A stretch of DNA of 51,597 bases from Girardia tigrina (taxonomy: Eukaryota). Of this stretch, positions 11,133 through 22,265 are shown in pieces. Within the stretch, counting starts at the first letter, position 1; each line of letters begins with the position of its first letter. The position numbers and the translations under genes are program-made. The notes under the pieces are model-generated. The model was not told where the DNA came from. It worked only from the letters and a program-made list of their open reading frames with translations, and did no database searches. The DNA is taken from positions 1 to 51,597 of the forward strand of contig MQRK01215545.1 of assembly GCA_001938485.1 (NCBI GenBank). Reading direction: 5' to 3'.

Positions 11133-11667
11133 ACAGACAGAATCAAACAATTGCGATGCGAGAGTCCTGATTTCAATTTCAACGAATATTTTTCTAGATC
11201 TTTCGGCACTAGCTTGAATAACGCTTGTTCTTTACTAAAATGATGACTTTAATTTGATTAATAATGTTCTCAGTAAACCGATCACTGTAATTATCTAAAT
11301 TGTGTTAAATTTGCATTGAACATCTTGAGAACACAACTTTCGATGACCAAAGTTGGAAGTGGTATGAGAAACAGATAAAGATAACTTTCAAGAATATCTG
11401 AAATAAATTATGTAAATTATGTAATTGTTCGAACCAAGCATGTGTGTGGTTTCGAACTTGGGAGGCAATCTTTACACTGATTGGCTCCCTCTGATTCGAT
11501 AGCATCTCAAGCATGTTTGTGAAAGTGCAATTTTGTAGACCTCATTAAGATCTCGACAGATTTATCTCACTGATTTAACTCAAATTTTACTTCAATAAAA
11601 AATTTAAAAATTTCAATTTTTGAAATTTTTGTACAAAATTTTTTTTTTCAAATTTTTTAGAACAAAC

Positions 11668-12247
11668 ATGATCGAAAATGATTGTGAAGAAATTATGATG
11701 TTAGATAATATTAATAGAGAAAAAGATAAAACATCAAAAATAAAGGCCGAAGAATGGAAGAAATTGTCATTTGACAATAAAATAAAACATAAGGTAAGTG
11801 TATTTTTTATGATAAGGTAAAATTTTTAATGTTATTCGCGGAAATCAGAACTGGAAGGCTCATTTCATCGGCCACGAGGACGCTCTGGCAGAGATTGCGC
11901 AGGTAAATATCGGCCAGGACTTGCTTAAAAACAAATACTCCAAATACACAATTGACATGGTTGACGATATTCCCTTTGCCACCAGGGAAAAGGGATTGGA
12001 AGTCGTTTTGTGCTTCGTAGAGAAGGTGAACATAGACTCTTTCTTGGTGAAAACGATCTGCGATAAAATCGATCAAAAATGCTTGAAAACTGGTCGTCCG
12101 TGGATGCGCCAGCTCAGCCTGGAAATCCTAAAGACCATACTCGAGCGTGGGCAACCAACTACAGTAACGAACCAGTTGCTTAAGGGAATCAGCTCCCAGA
12201 ATCCTGAAGTCGTTTTGCAATCGGTCGAGGCGTTTAGAGTGTCTGCA
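11668..12247 (+). pseudogene. CKAP5: XMAP215/ch-TOG (CKAP5-family) TOG1 N-terminal exons 11668-11793 and 11849-12247; truncated copy
   Basis: The spliced product EEWKKLSFDNKIKHK|NWKAHFIGHEDAL...TREKGLEVVLCFVE...QLLKGISSQNPEVV resembles ch-TOG [27 protein letters not shown]...LKGLEAALVYVE...ELLKGLDNKNPKII. A 55-nt phase-0 GT-AG intron separates the exons, with a GTAAGA donor at 12248. Confidence 0.82.
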
Positions 12248-12988
12248 GTAAGAATAATGTAGTAATTATAAAATAGTAGGTATAAAATAGTAATTTTTAA
12301 ATTATTTAATTAATTTTTTTAATTATTTCTATTTTAGTTTGTAAAATAATTTAAATTAAAATTATTTAATTAAATCTATTATAATAGATTATAATTTATT
12401 AATAATTATAAATTCATTATTAAATATTTTAAAATTTGAAACATCTTTCTTTATAATATTGAGCTAACATTCATCGCAAGTTCAAACAGATTAAGAGGTT
12501 TGACCTTTTGGTTCTGTACGCTTACTTCGATCGTGATTGATCGGATAGATTGACTTCATCTAACCGATTGTCAAACAAAATACATAAAAATATTTATAGG
12601 CTTCAATAATAAAATGAATAATAGAAATATGTTCAGTCATAAATCTATTTCACATTTTACACTGTGTTCTAATATTGTTTATGTGATGGTGCGATGACAC
12701 AATCATTGAATAGACTGTCCGTCATCTCTGTAAACGATATTAAGAACATGATCAAAAATAAGTGATGGATATATTGCAGAATACAGAGTGTCATGTGAAA
12801 AATTGTTAAGTAGGTCGTGTTAGCCTAAAATTAACGTTCAATAGAGTCTCAACCAACTTGTAAAGAATTTATGATTTAAGTGATTTATACAATCGATTAC
12901 ATACTCTTTATTTTTGTTAAACAAATGTATCATTGGTGAATAAGTACAAATAAAAATATAATATAAATAATATTTTATATGTATACAT

Positions 12989-13187
12989 GTGTGTTTGATT
13001 GAATCTTTCAGGGATTTTGGATCGCGCATAATATCAAGGGAACAGATTAACAAGGAATTAATTAACCTTCTTAAGAAAAAAGAATCCAACTGTCCGGGAA
13101 GCAACAAAAGAATTTGTTATTGAAATATATAAATGGATGGAACTGACCCTACTCGACGAAATGATGAAAGAACTAAAACCGGATCAG
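12989..13187 (+). pseudogene. CKAP5: XMAP215/ch-TOG TOG C-terminal exon, copy 1 (frameshifted in an A-run)
   Basis: Homologous to 16612-16806, with an extra A at about 13077-13082. Confidence 0.75.
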
Positions 13188-14254
13188 GTATGATGTATTT
13201 ATAGCCGTGGTTACCAAATGGTCTTTATCTAATTGACTCAACCAGTTTGACACAGGCAATATTAGAAATTATATTATAAACATTTTTCAATAACTTATCC
13301 ATACATAAGTATATTAAGCTTAATTTTGAGAGTGACAATAAGTTAAAGCCTAGACTCAGATTATCTAATCTTAATAGCTAATTTAACAAATTAAGATAAT
13401 TTCTAACTCCTGCAAGGACATCAGTTTTTTACTGAAAATTGTTTATTACACTGCAAAATTTATATTTTAGTAGGCAGTGTTTATAAAGTGAATATTATAC
13501 AATACCATGATTTTTATGTTTAATTTATAGATTAGTATATACAGTTTCGATTTTCTTTAGGATACTTTCATAAAGTTGCAAAATATTTTGCTTTTTCATT
13601 CTGTTTTTATCTCACACCGATTCATATAAACTTTATTGAGAATCAGTACTGACCAATCTGGTAACCCCAAGATTTATAATTGTGGTTGATAATGTAGATG
13701 ATAATATGGCTCTTGCATATATCAACAGGGACGCGCTGAATGACAAGTACTCCAAATTCATGAAATCTGCGAGGGAATCGAGAAGAAGTGCATGAGCTCG
13801 GGTCGTCAGAAGACGCGCTAGTTTGGACTAGATATCTTTGTTGTGTATTTATTTTCCCTGGTTTTTGTTGCTTGAAAATTGCGGATCGACAATTGATGAT
13901 ACAGTCATTTGTCACTGGCGGGGTACTATCGGCACGCATTGCCCGCACAACTAAACCGTCTGGTGTCGCGATAGTGGATCATGGAGACCGCCCATGTTTC
14001 CAAGTGGATACCACCGCCCTACGTTTGGCGGTGCCCAACGGAGAAACGGCGCACATTGACCGAAAGACTTCACATACTTCTGCGGTGCCTGGCATACACA
14101 TGCAGCCGCCACAGTCGCATTTTCGGATTGTTATGAGGGGGTGGAGGATTCAAAAGTGACCATTTTTGTTACATAATAAGCGAACGATCCCTTACTTATT
14201 TTATTTTTCAATAAACTTATTTAAAAATTAAACTTAAATAATTTATTGCTTTAG

Positions 14255-15296
14255 CTGTATAATGTCATTGTCGATAGTTCTAAAACGAGCGTAGAACTTA
14301 TCTCAAATAAACATCATGGGAAACTAACTACATTGTTACCTTTAAATGCAATGGAAATCTCATTAATTCCAAAGGAAGTTTTGTATAAAGCTAAAGAAAT
14401 TCTGGGTGATGATAATGTTTGGGACTCAATGGAACTTGTTGATCACGATGATCAAAATACGAAAGCGATAAAGTATGTGTTTGGAAATGATGAACTCGAT
14501 CAAGTTACTAAAAATATCTCTTTGCAAAGTACACAGTACGATACTGCTAATGAAAAAACATCAGATGCTCGATATAAACTCGAAAATTCCGCTGTGAATA
14601 AAAGAGAAGCACAACAAGCTGCCCAGTTGTCTTTGGGAAACGTCCAAGAACATCTGATGAAGAATGATAAGGCATTTGAAGATAAGAGTAATGAGTTTGT
14701 AGTAAAGAGATTATAATTACTGATTTTAATATATTAATTTGTTTATTCTGATTAATTATTTTATTGCCTATTTTTTATACAAATTTATGATTTATTAAAT
14801 ATTGAGTGTTTTACATTTTAAAACTTAAAATTTTTACCTAGATATCGAATGTCAATTCAACTCTCTAACAATGGAATCAACGGAAAACGTAAATGTTAAG
14901 AATATTTTGCAAACGACATTAGAATCTGAAAACCAATTAATACCAGTTAATACCGAAAAAGATGAAAGCAATACCAATTTTCTGAACCACGATGACTATA
15001 AGATAATTGACGAACAAAAATTGGAGATGATGAATATCGATATAGATATTCTCCAGTTAAAAGACGATTTAAGAGACTATTCAAAGCTGAAAGTTCAAGC
15101 AGAACTGAAATTGTCAGAAATAATGAATCAAATTGATAGTATTCAAGAAAAATACCAAGATGCATTAAGAGATTACAACCAAATGTATACTGGTTACCTA
15201 CATTTGCATTTCCACTTTAGCGATCATGATTTTAATGATTATGACTTGGAAGAAAATATACAGAAAATGGAACAGCTCGAGGAACAGAGAAAGTAA
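14255..15296 (+). pseudogene. SMC2: SMC2 (condensin) fragment: hinge plus coiled coil, internally deleted, no ATPase heads; exons 14255-14687 and 14842-15296
   Basis: LYNVIVDSSKTSVELI...TLLPLNAM...KAKEILGDDNVWDSMELVDHD...KAIKYVFG resembles the SMC2 hinge (LYNVVVD...TIIPLNKI...AQNLVGPDNV...KAMEFVFG). The phase-1 GT-AG intron 14688-14841 keeps the frame. Confidence 0.8.
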
Positions 15297-15744
15297 AGCA
15301 TCATGTAAATAGAATTATTTTTATAGCGCTTAAATTAATCTGAAAACCAATTAATACCAGTTAATACCGAAAAAGATGAAAGCAATACCAATTTTCTGAA
15401 CCACGATGACTATAAGATAATTGACGAACAAAAATTGGAGATGATGAATATCGACATAGATATTCTCCAGTTAAAAGACGATTTAAGAGACTATTCAAAA
15501 TTGAAAGTTCAAGCAGAACTGCAATTGTCAGAAATAATGAATCAAATTGATAGTATTCAAGAAAATTAGCAAGATGCATTAAGAGATTACAACCAAATGT
15601 ATACTGGTTGCCTATATTTGCATTTCCACTTTAGCGATCATGATTTTAATGATTATGACTTGGAAGAAAATAGACAGAAAATGGAACAGCTCGAGGAACA
15701 GAGAAAGCAAAGGATTATGTAAATAGAATTATTTTTATAGCGCT
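14923..15744. repeat. Tandem duplication with a 414-bp period (14923-15330 and 15337-15744); the second copy has a TAC>TAG stop
   Basis: The near-identical copies are directly visible. Confidence 0.95.
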
Positions 15745-16611
15745 ATTTTTATACATTTATTTTTATTATTAAAGATATTTAGCACCGTCATTTGTCAAAT
15801 TATAGTATAAAACGTCGATTTGTACGTTTTTAAAATTTATAAAAAGTAATTGGTGTATCATTTCTGTAAGTAGCGTTTATGCTACTTTCATTATTATCAA
15901 ATTCAGAACTCATAATTTAACATCACAATCTTTATCATAACAACAATTCACATATTTCAACAAATTTTTTGTTAATTCAATTATCTGATTTTTTAAAATT
16001 TTTAAAATTAAGGAAATTTTAAACTTTAAATTAATTAAATAATTTTCACATTAAAACTAAAAATTTATTTTCAAATTTATTTAAAATTGTTTCATAACTT
16101 CTATTAAAATATAAGTTTTTATGACTGTAAAAATATTTTTATTTATAAATAAGTATTTAATCTTTAATGGTTTTCTTATCATTTTTAATTTTAAGATATT
16201 TTATAGATACATTAAAAAAATATTTTTTTATTTTTAAATAAGTATTTAATTTTAATGATTTTCTTTTATTATATTTTTAATTTAAAATAAGCATATTAAC
16301 ATAAAAATATTTAAACTTTTAAATTAAAAAAAATAATAAATAATAAATAAATTTTTTTTTAAATCCACAAATTGATTCCATTTTTATAACAAAATACTGA
16401 GTTTCAAAATTTGACCTTTATTGCGCAAAAAGGTCAAGTTCTGGAATTTTTACACCTCACATGTTATATATCAAAATATTCGTCTTGACGAGTAGATTTA
16501 GAATATACAAAAATTAGAGGCTGTGTACTCATTAGTTTTTTAAACAAATGTATTATTGGTTAATAAGTACAAATAAAAATATAATATAAATAATATTTTA
16601 TATTTATACAT

Positions 16612-16806
16612 GTGTGTTTGATTGAATCTCTCAGAGATTTTGGATCGCGTATAATATCAAGGGAACAGATTAACGAGGAATTAATTAACCTTCTTAAGAA
16701 TAAGAATCCAACTGTCCGGGAAGCAACAAAAGAATTGGTTATTGAAATATTTAAATGGATGGGACTGACCACACTCAACGATATGAAAGAACTAAAACCG
16801 GATCAG
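16612..16806 (+). pseudogene. CKAP5: XMAP215/ch-TOG TOG C-terminal exon, copy 2
   Basis: CLIESLRDFGSRII...KNPTVREATKELVIEIFKWMG resembles ch-TOG LRKALSEFGSKII...[20 protein letters not shown]. There is a GTATGA donor, but CAT stands where an acceptor CAG is expected. Confidence 0.8.
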
Positions 16807-17371
16807 GTATGATGTACTTATAGCCGTGGTTACCAAATGGTCTTTACCTAATTGACTAAACCAGTTTGACACAGGCAATATTTGAAATTATATTATAAAC
16901 ATTTTTCATTAACTTATCCATACTTAAGTGAACTAAGCTAAATTTTGAGTGACAATAAGTCACAGTATCAATGAATAAAACTAATGTCTATGTGAGCAAA
17001 TGCCCATGTGAGAAAATGTGATGTGAAAAAACGGCCAGTAACGGGTTTTCTAGTTCATACCACCATAATTATATTTTCGAACTATAAGAACATATCTAAA
17101 TGCATCTCTAAGAAAAAATAAATTGGAAAATCTTACATATAATATAAAATTACATATAATATAATATAAAATATAAAAATATATATAAATTAAATAATAT
17201 AATATAAATAAATCATGCTTCTATCACAAACGTACGTAAAATTATATGTCCACGTAAATTGATACGTGATTGAATTTCTTTAATCATTACTCTATCTTAA
17301 TTGTCTCAACATTTTAATACTAGACCTCTAATCCCACACAGTATATGTTCATAAATTATATAAATTATGTA

Positions 17372-17762
17372 ACGGATAACATCAAATAGTAGGTGGACAT
17401 GAAATAGTAGGTGTAATGAAGTTTTCAAAAAATTTTCCACCTACTATTAAAATAGTAGGTGGAATCAAATAGTAGGTGTATCGNNNNNNNNNNNNNNNNN
17501 NNNNNNNNNNNNNNNNNNNNNNNNNNNNNNNNNNNNNNNNNNNNNNNNNNNNNNNNNNNNNNNNNNNNNNNNNNNNNNNNNNNNNNNNNNNNNNNNNNNN
17601 NNNNNNNNNNNNNNNNNNNNNNNNNNNNNNNNNNNNNNNNNNNNNNNNNNNTTCAAAACAAAAGCACCAAATAGTAGGTGTAAACCAATATTGGGCGCCT
17701 TTTCAATTTTTTTTCCACCTACTATTAAAATAGTAGGTGTCCTACTATTTCATGTTATCCGT
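17372..17762. mobile_element. MITE with about 22-bp TIRs (ACGGATAACATSAAATAGTAGG), TA target duplication and internal AAATAGTAGGTG repeats
   Basis: TA|ACGGATAACATC...CATGTTATCCGT|TA. The empty site AAATTATG-TA-ATTGTTCGAACC is at 11414-11435. Confidence 0.9.
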
Positions 17763-17920
17763 TAATTGTTCGAACCAAGTATGTGTGTGGTTTCGAACTT
17801 TGGAGGCAATCTTTACACTGAAAGCCTCTCAAGCATGTTTATGAAAGTGCAATTTTATAAGCCTCATAAAGATCTCGACAGATATATCTTACTGATTTAA
17901 ATCAAATTTTAATTTTTTAG

Positions 17921-18305
17921 AACAAACCTGACCGCAAATGAATTTGAAAAAAATATGATGGTAGATAATATGGATAAAAAAGAAAAAGATAAAAAATCAA
18001 AAATAAAGGCCGAAGAATGGAAGAAATTGTCCTCTGACAATAAAATAAAACATAAGATAAGTGTATTTTTTACGATACGGTTAAGTTTTTAATGTTATTC
18101 GCGGAAATCAGAACTTGAAGGCTCGTTCCATCGGCTACGAGGACACTCTGACAGAGAATGCGCGGGTGAATATCGGCCAGGACTTGCTTAAAGATAAATA
18201 CTCCAAATAAATGATTGTCATGGTGGACGATATTCACTTGGCCACCAGGAAAAAGGTGCTGTGCTTCGTGCAGAAAGTTAACATAGACTCGTTCTTGGCG
18301 AACAC
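17921..18305 (+). pseudogene. CKAP5: Second, degraded copy of the XMAP215 TOG1 5' exons
   Basis: Paralogous to 11661-12060. ATG has become CTG, the donor GT has become AT, there is a TAC>TAA stop and a deletion, and it is truncated at about 18305. Confidence 0.8.
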
Positions 18306-18309
18306 CATA

Positions 18310-18580
18310 TATATTCCAAAGGAAGGAGCAACAGTGTCAGGCAGAGGGCCTGCAACTATGCTGGGAAACGAGGAGCATCAATGATGCTATGATCCTCGAG
18401 GTCGAGAGTGCGAACCGGGAAATAAAAAGAAACATGGACGATTTTTGGCTGAGGATGCAGCAGGTGAAACCCGAGTCCGACTTTCCGGAAATCATCATGC
18501 AACAACAAGACCAAATGAGGGGACGAGAGATCATCTCCTATTTAGACCTGGATCTGGACAATCAATCTACTTATGTTTAA
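18310..18580 (+). pseudogene. Unidentified coding fragment (about 90 codons) joined to the truncated TOG copy
   Basis: GC-richer open frame IFQRKEQQCQAEGLQLCWETRSINDAMILEVES...DNQSTYV*. Confidence 0.35.
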
Positions 18581-18911
18581 ACTTAAAATAAATTTTCCTG
18601 TGTGTTAAAATGATTTAATTATTTATAAAATAATCGATAGCAATAAAATAAGAAAAAATAAAAAGAATTTATGACGCATTTAGATGAACGACGAACAGGA
18701 AGTTAAACCGATTACGAGTGCGAAGCCGACGGATCAAGCTGAAGAAACAATCCTGATAGAACAAGCATTAAGGGAAATAGCAGCAACGATCCATCATAGA
18801 AGGGGACTTCAACGACAATCCGACGAATTACAATCCAAATGAGAAACAAGATGCGACGGATACGCACTGATGTTCGATATTAACATAATATATAAAGTTA
18901 ATACTTGTCAG

Positions 18912-19253
18912 ATAGGAATGGAAGGAGGACAAAATCAAGAGGAACCCGGCCCACTATTACAAGAACTGTATGAATGGCACAACCGGCTTGTAGAAGATTT
19001 ACAATGAGATTACGAAAGACTGGGAGCGATGATGATGAACCAGAGTGGCCACGACAAATGGAACGAGATGGAAGATGGACGGGTCCTGAGACGACGGCAG
19101 GAACACTATCCGGCCGCCCATTGGAACGAATATCGGGACGTGAATAAGCGAATCCGTAGAGGGAAGACAGAACTGGCTCAATGTGCGGAGCAGACGCAAA
19201 ACATAACTGTCAATGGACGACGACAAAGAAACGTCCGTCAATATATATATTAA
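18912..19253 (+). pseudogene. Unidentified coding fragment with one in-frame TGA
   Basis: MEGGQNQEEPGPLLQELYEWHNRLVEDLQ*DYERLGAMMMNQ...WNEYRDVNKRIRR; GC-richer than its flanks. Confidence 0.35.
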
Positions 19254-19495
19254 CCTATCTAGTCGTTTAATGTTAAAATATATGTTTTTCATGCGAATAG
19301 TTTTGTGAATTATAAAGATAATAGCAGATAAAATACGATAATTTCAGATAAATGAACCAAGCCACTATCCACAAACAACTACTGGAAAAGTTTCAGGAAG
19401 CTGAGAGGACGAAATCAGCGCGGATCGTACAATGTATTATTAGTGAATAAGTACAAATAAAAATATAATATAAATAATATTTTATATTTATACAT

Positions 19496-19690
19496 GTGTG
19501 TTTGATTGAATCTCTCAGAGATTTTGGATCGCGTATAATATCAAGGGAACAGATTAACGAGGAATTAATTAACCTTCTTAAGAATAAGAATCCAACTGTC
19601 CGGGAAGCAACAAAAGAATTGGTTATTGAAATATTTAAATGGATGGGACTGACCACACTCAACGATATGAAAGAACTAAAACCGGATCAG
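19496..19690 (+). pseudogene. CKAP5: XMAP215/ch-TOG TOG C-terminal exon, copy 3
   Basis: Same translation as 16612-16806. The flank to about 20200 is homologous to 13190-13700. Confidence 0.8.
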
Positions 19691-20629
19691 GTATGATGTA
19701 CTTATAGCCGTGGTTACCAAATGTTCTTTACCTAATTGACTCGACCAGTTTGACAAAGACAATATTAGAAATTCTTTTATAAACATTTTTCATAACTTAT
19801 CCATACTTAAGTGACCTAAGCTAAATTTTGAGAGTGACAATAAGTTAAAGCCTAGACTCAGATTATCTACTCTTAATTGTTAATTTAACAAATTAAGATA
19901 ATTTGAAACTCTTGCAAGTAGATCAGATTTTATTGAAAATTGTTTATTAAACTGCAAATTTATATTTTATTTAGCAAAGTTAGTTTTATACTTAGCTATA
20001 TTTAATTTATAGACTAATATATGCAGCTGCGATTTTGTTTAAAGATACTTTCATAAAGTTGCAAAATATTTTGTTTTTTCATTCTGTTTTTACCTCAAAC
20101 TGATTTATTTATGAATTTCCAATTCATACTAACTTTATTGAGAATCAGTACTTACCAGTTTGTTAACCCAAGATTTATATTTGTGTTTGATAATATGGAT
20201 TAACTAGTATAAATTGTCACTTTTAGGTAAAAATGTTTACAGATGAATTCAGTAAACATTCACGAACAAAAAAACTGTTTCCTAATCGATGCTGTCAATC
20301 TCCGAAATCGAAAGAAGATGCAGTGATTGATCAATGCAATTTGATCTATGCAGTTGAAACGATATCGAACATCCTGAGTAATTGTAATCATAATCACGTG
20401 AGTGATGATGATGCTTGTTTGTCATATACTCTAATTTTTTATTATCATAAATTATTATATACTGCGTGCGTAGGAATAAACAAGACAAATGAGATATAAT
20501 CAAATATGACCGGCTCACATGACAAATCATTTATTTAGACCATTTATTTATAGAAGCAAAAAAATGTCTCATAATTGAGGCTATCAATCTCCGAAATCGA
20601 AAGAAGGTGCACTGAAATAATTTTGATGA

Positions 20630-21130
20630 TACATTACTTGACTCTCCAAAAGCGTGTTGAAATGATCTTCATTTACGAAAAATATCGCGATCAAATTCAC
20701 AATACTTGGAGAACAACTGTGAAGTTTCTTAAATTGAACAGTCCTTTCGAGAAACCGTTCAAATTATTTCAAACAGATTTGAAATAGTGGTTTCAGATTA
20801 AACATTCTTGCAGAGTGAAGTTATAAATACAGCAATTTTAGCCACATTTTTGACAAATCCCAAGATCTTCACAAGATTAGCATCAAAGGAAACAGATCAT
20901 CCATTTTTAGTATTAAGAAAAATTGCATCCATTTCAAATCTTTATCTCTATGGAATTGAACGAAGCAGATAATGCTAATGGTCATGATTCTTGTAACGAA
21001 ATGCTGATTTGTATTGAAAATGATAAACGGTATCATCGATTTATTGTGTTTTCCAACGAGTCGCGATTCTTTTTCAGTGTACTGTGAACAGGTACAACTA
21101 TCAGTACTGATTGGACGGATGTCCTCATGT
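20630..21130 (+). mobile_element. Degraded Tc1/mariner transposase (DUF4817-HTH/Tc3-like type)
   Basis: LTLQKRVEMIFIY...ILATFLTNP...LHPFQI...ELNEAD...FIVFSNESRF...VNRYNYQY*...PH resembles the ELSEDD...IVFSDEA.F...VNRHNCRYW...NPH motifs. Confidence 0.65.
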
Positions 21131-21394
21131 CATTGAACAATCATTTATTGTCTCGTTATTTCTGTTTCAAAAATGACATTTTTGATGCAATTAAAATAAA
21201 TACATGTAAACATTTTGTTGAATTTGTAAAGTTTAGTATAAAACCATTTGCCTGAACTTGTTCTGATAAACTCTATTTTCTGAAAATTATGTTAATTATG
21301 ATGCCGGTATTATCTCATTAGGCGCTTTTAGTAGTAGGAAAACCTAGAGGTGCCAACCATAAAAGGGAGCTTAAGTTTCTTTGGAAAATTTTAT

Positions 21395-21587
21395 CACAAA
21401 AGTAACTGCTCTTCGGAACAGTATTTTATGTTTGAAAAGGTTAAAAACATATTTATGGTCAAATATAAAAGAACAACGCTTAAATGCATTATCGATTTTA
21501 CCATTAGACCCAAATTTTACGTTAAATTTAGATTATTCCGATATAATTGATGACTTTGCTGAAACAAAATCAAGACGAAAATTTTAA
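21395..21587 (+). mobile_element. hAT transposase C-terminal dimerisation domain relic
   Basis: SNCSSE then, after a frameshift, CLKRLKTYLWSNIKEQRLNALSIL...LDYSDIIDDFAETKSRR. Confidence 0.8.
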
Positions 21588-21819
21588 TATATTAAAGAAT
21601 GTAAATGAAAAGCAAATTTTCTTTCAAATAAATAAACAAAAACAACCAACAAATAATAAGTTTTCCATTCTTTTTAATAGATTTTATATGTATATATGTT
21701 TATGCCCTATACACCAGCAAGACTGTACAAAACAAGATCATAAACATTGTTGCAAACCTCATTCGTCACTATTTTCGTAAGTATCTAAAGGCTTGTCCAC
21801 ATTTTTCAATAATTTCAAA

Positions 21820-22265
21820 TGTGAGAAACTCACATGGCCGTGAAATTATTTCAGTTTGTATTCGTCTACTTGACACATTTCAAGAAAAGCCTAAAAAGAT
21901 GGAAGTAGTAATGCGATTGGTGGAGACCCAGAGAATTACAAGAGAGCCTATTGCACTGGCTATCAGAAATGAACTGCAAGAAGAAAGAATTAACACCAAG
22001 GATTGTAAAGGTCAAACATAATACAGCAGCATCTATGAAATCAGACAGAATAGGGTTTCAGACTTTCCTTAAAAAACGGGAACCATTTGCAGAAAACCAA
22101 GGATGTGTTTTTTACTTTACTTTTTACTTTACTTTTTACTTTCTTTACTTTTTAAGTCTATCAATTTACCATGGATGTGACATTTCCTCTATTAGAAATA
22201 TGATGAATTCTTGCCAACTGTTTTCTTTTTTCGATAAATCACCAAAGCGCCAACGCTTTCTTCAA
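21820..22265 (+). mobile_element. hAT (ZMYM1-like) transposase central relic, interrupted by a (TTTTAC)-like microsatellite
   Basis: HGREIISVCIR...DCKGQT (compare DCRGQAYD)...LFSFFDKSPKRQRFL. Confidence 0.7.

Noticed and set aside
16411-16445. Hairpin TTGACCTTTT...AAAAGGTCAA plus CTGG as a Helitron 3' end
   Set aside because: The stem is AT-rich, CTRR is not followed by T and no matching 5' end was found.
17372-17762. Regularly recurring AAATAGTAGGTG units as a CRISPR-like array
   Set aside because: The units are 12 bp, occur in both orientations without unique regular spacers, and lie inside TIRs in a eukaryotic context.
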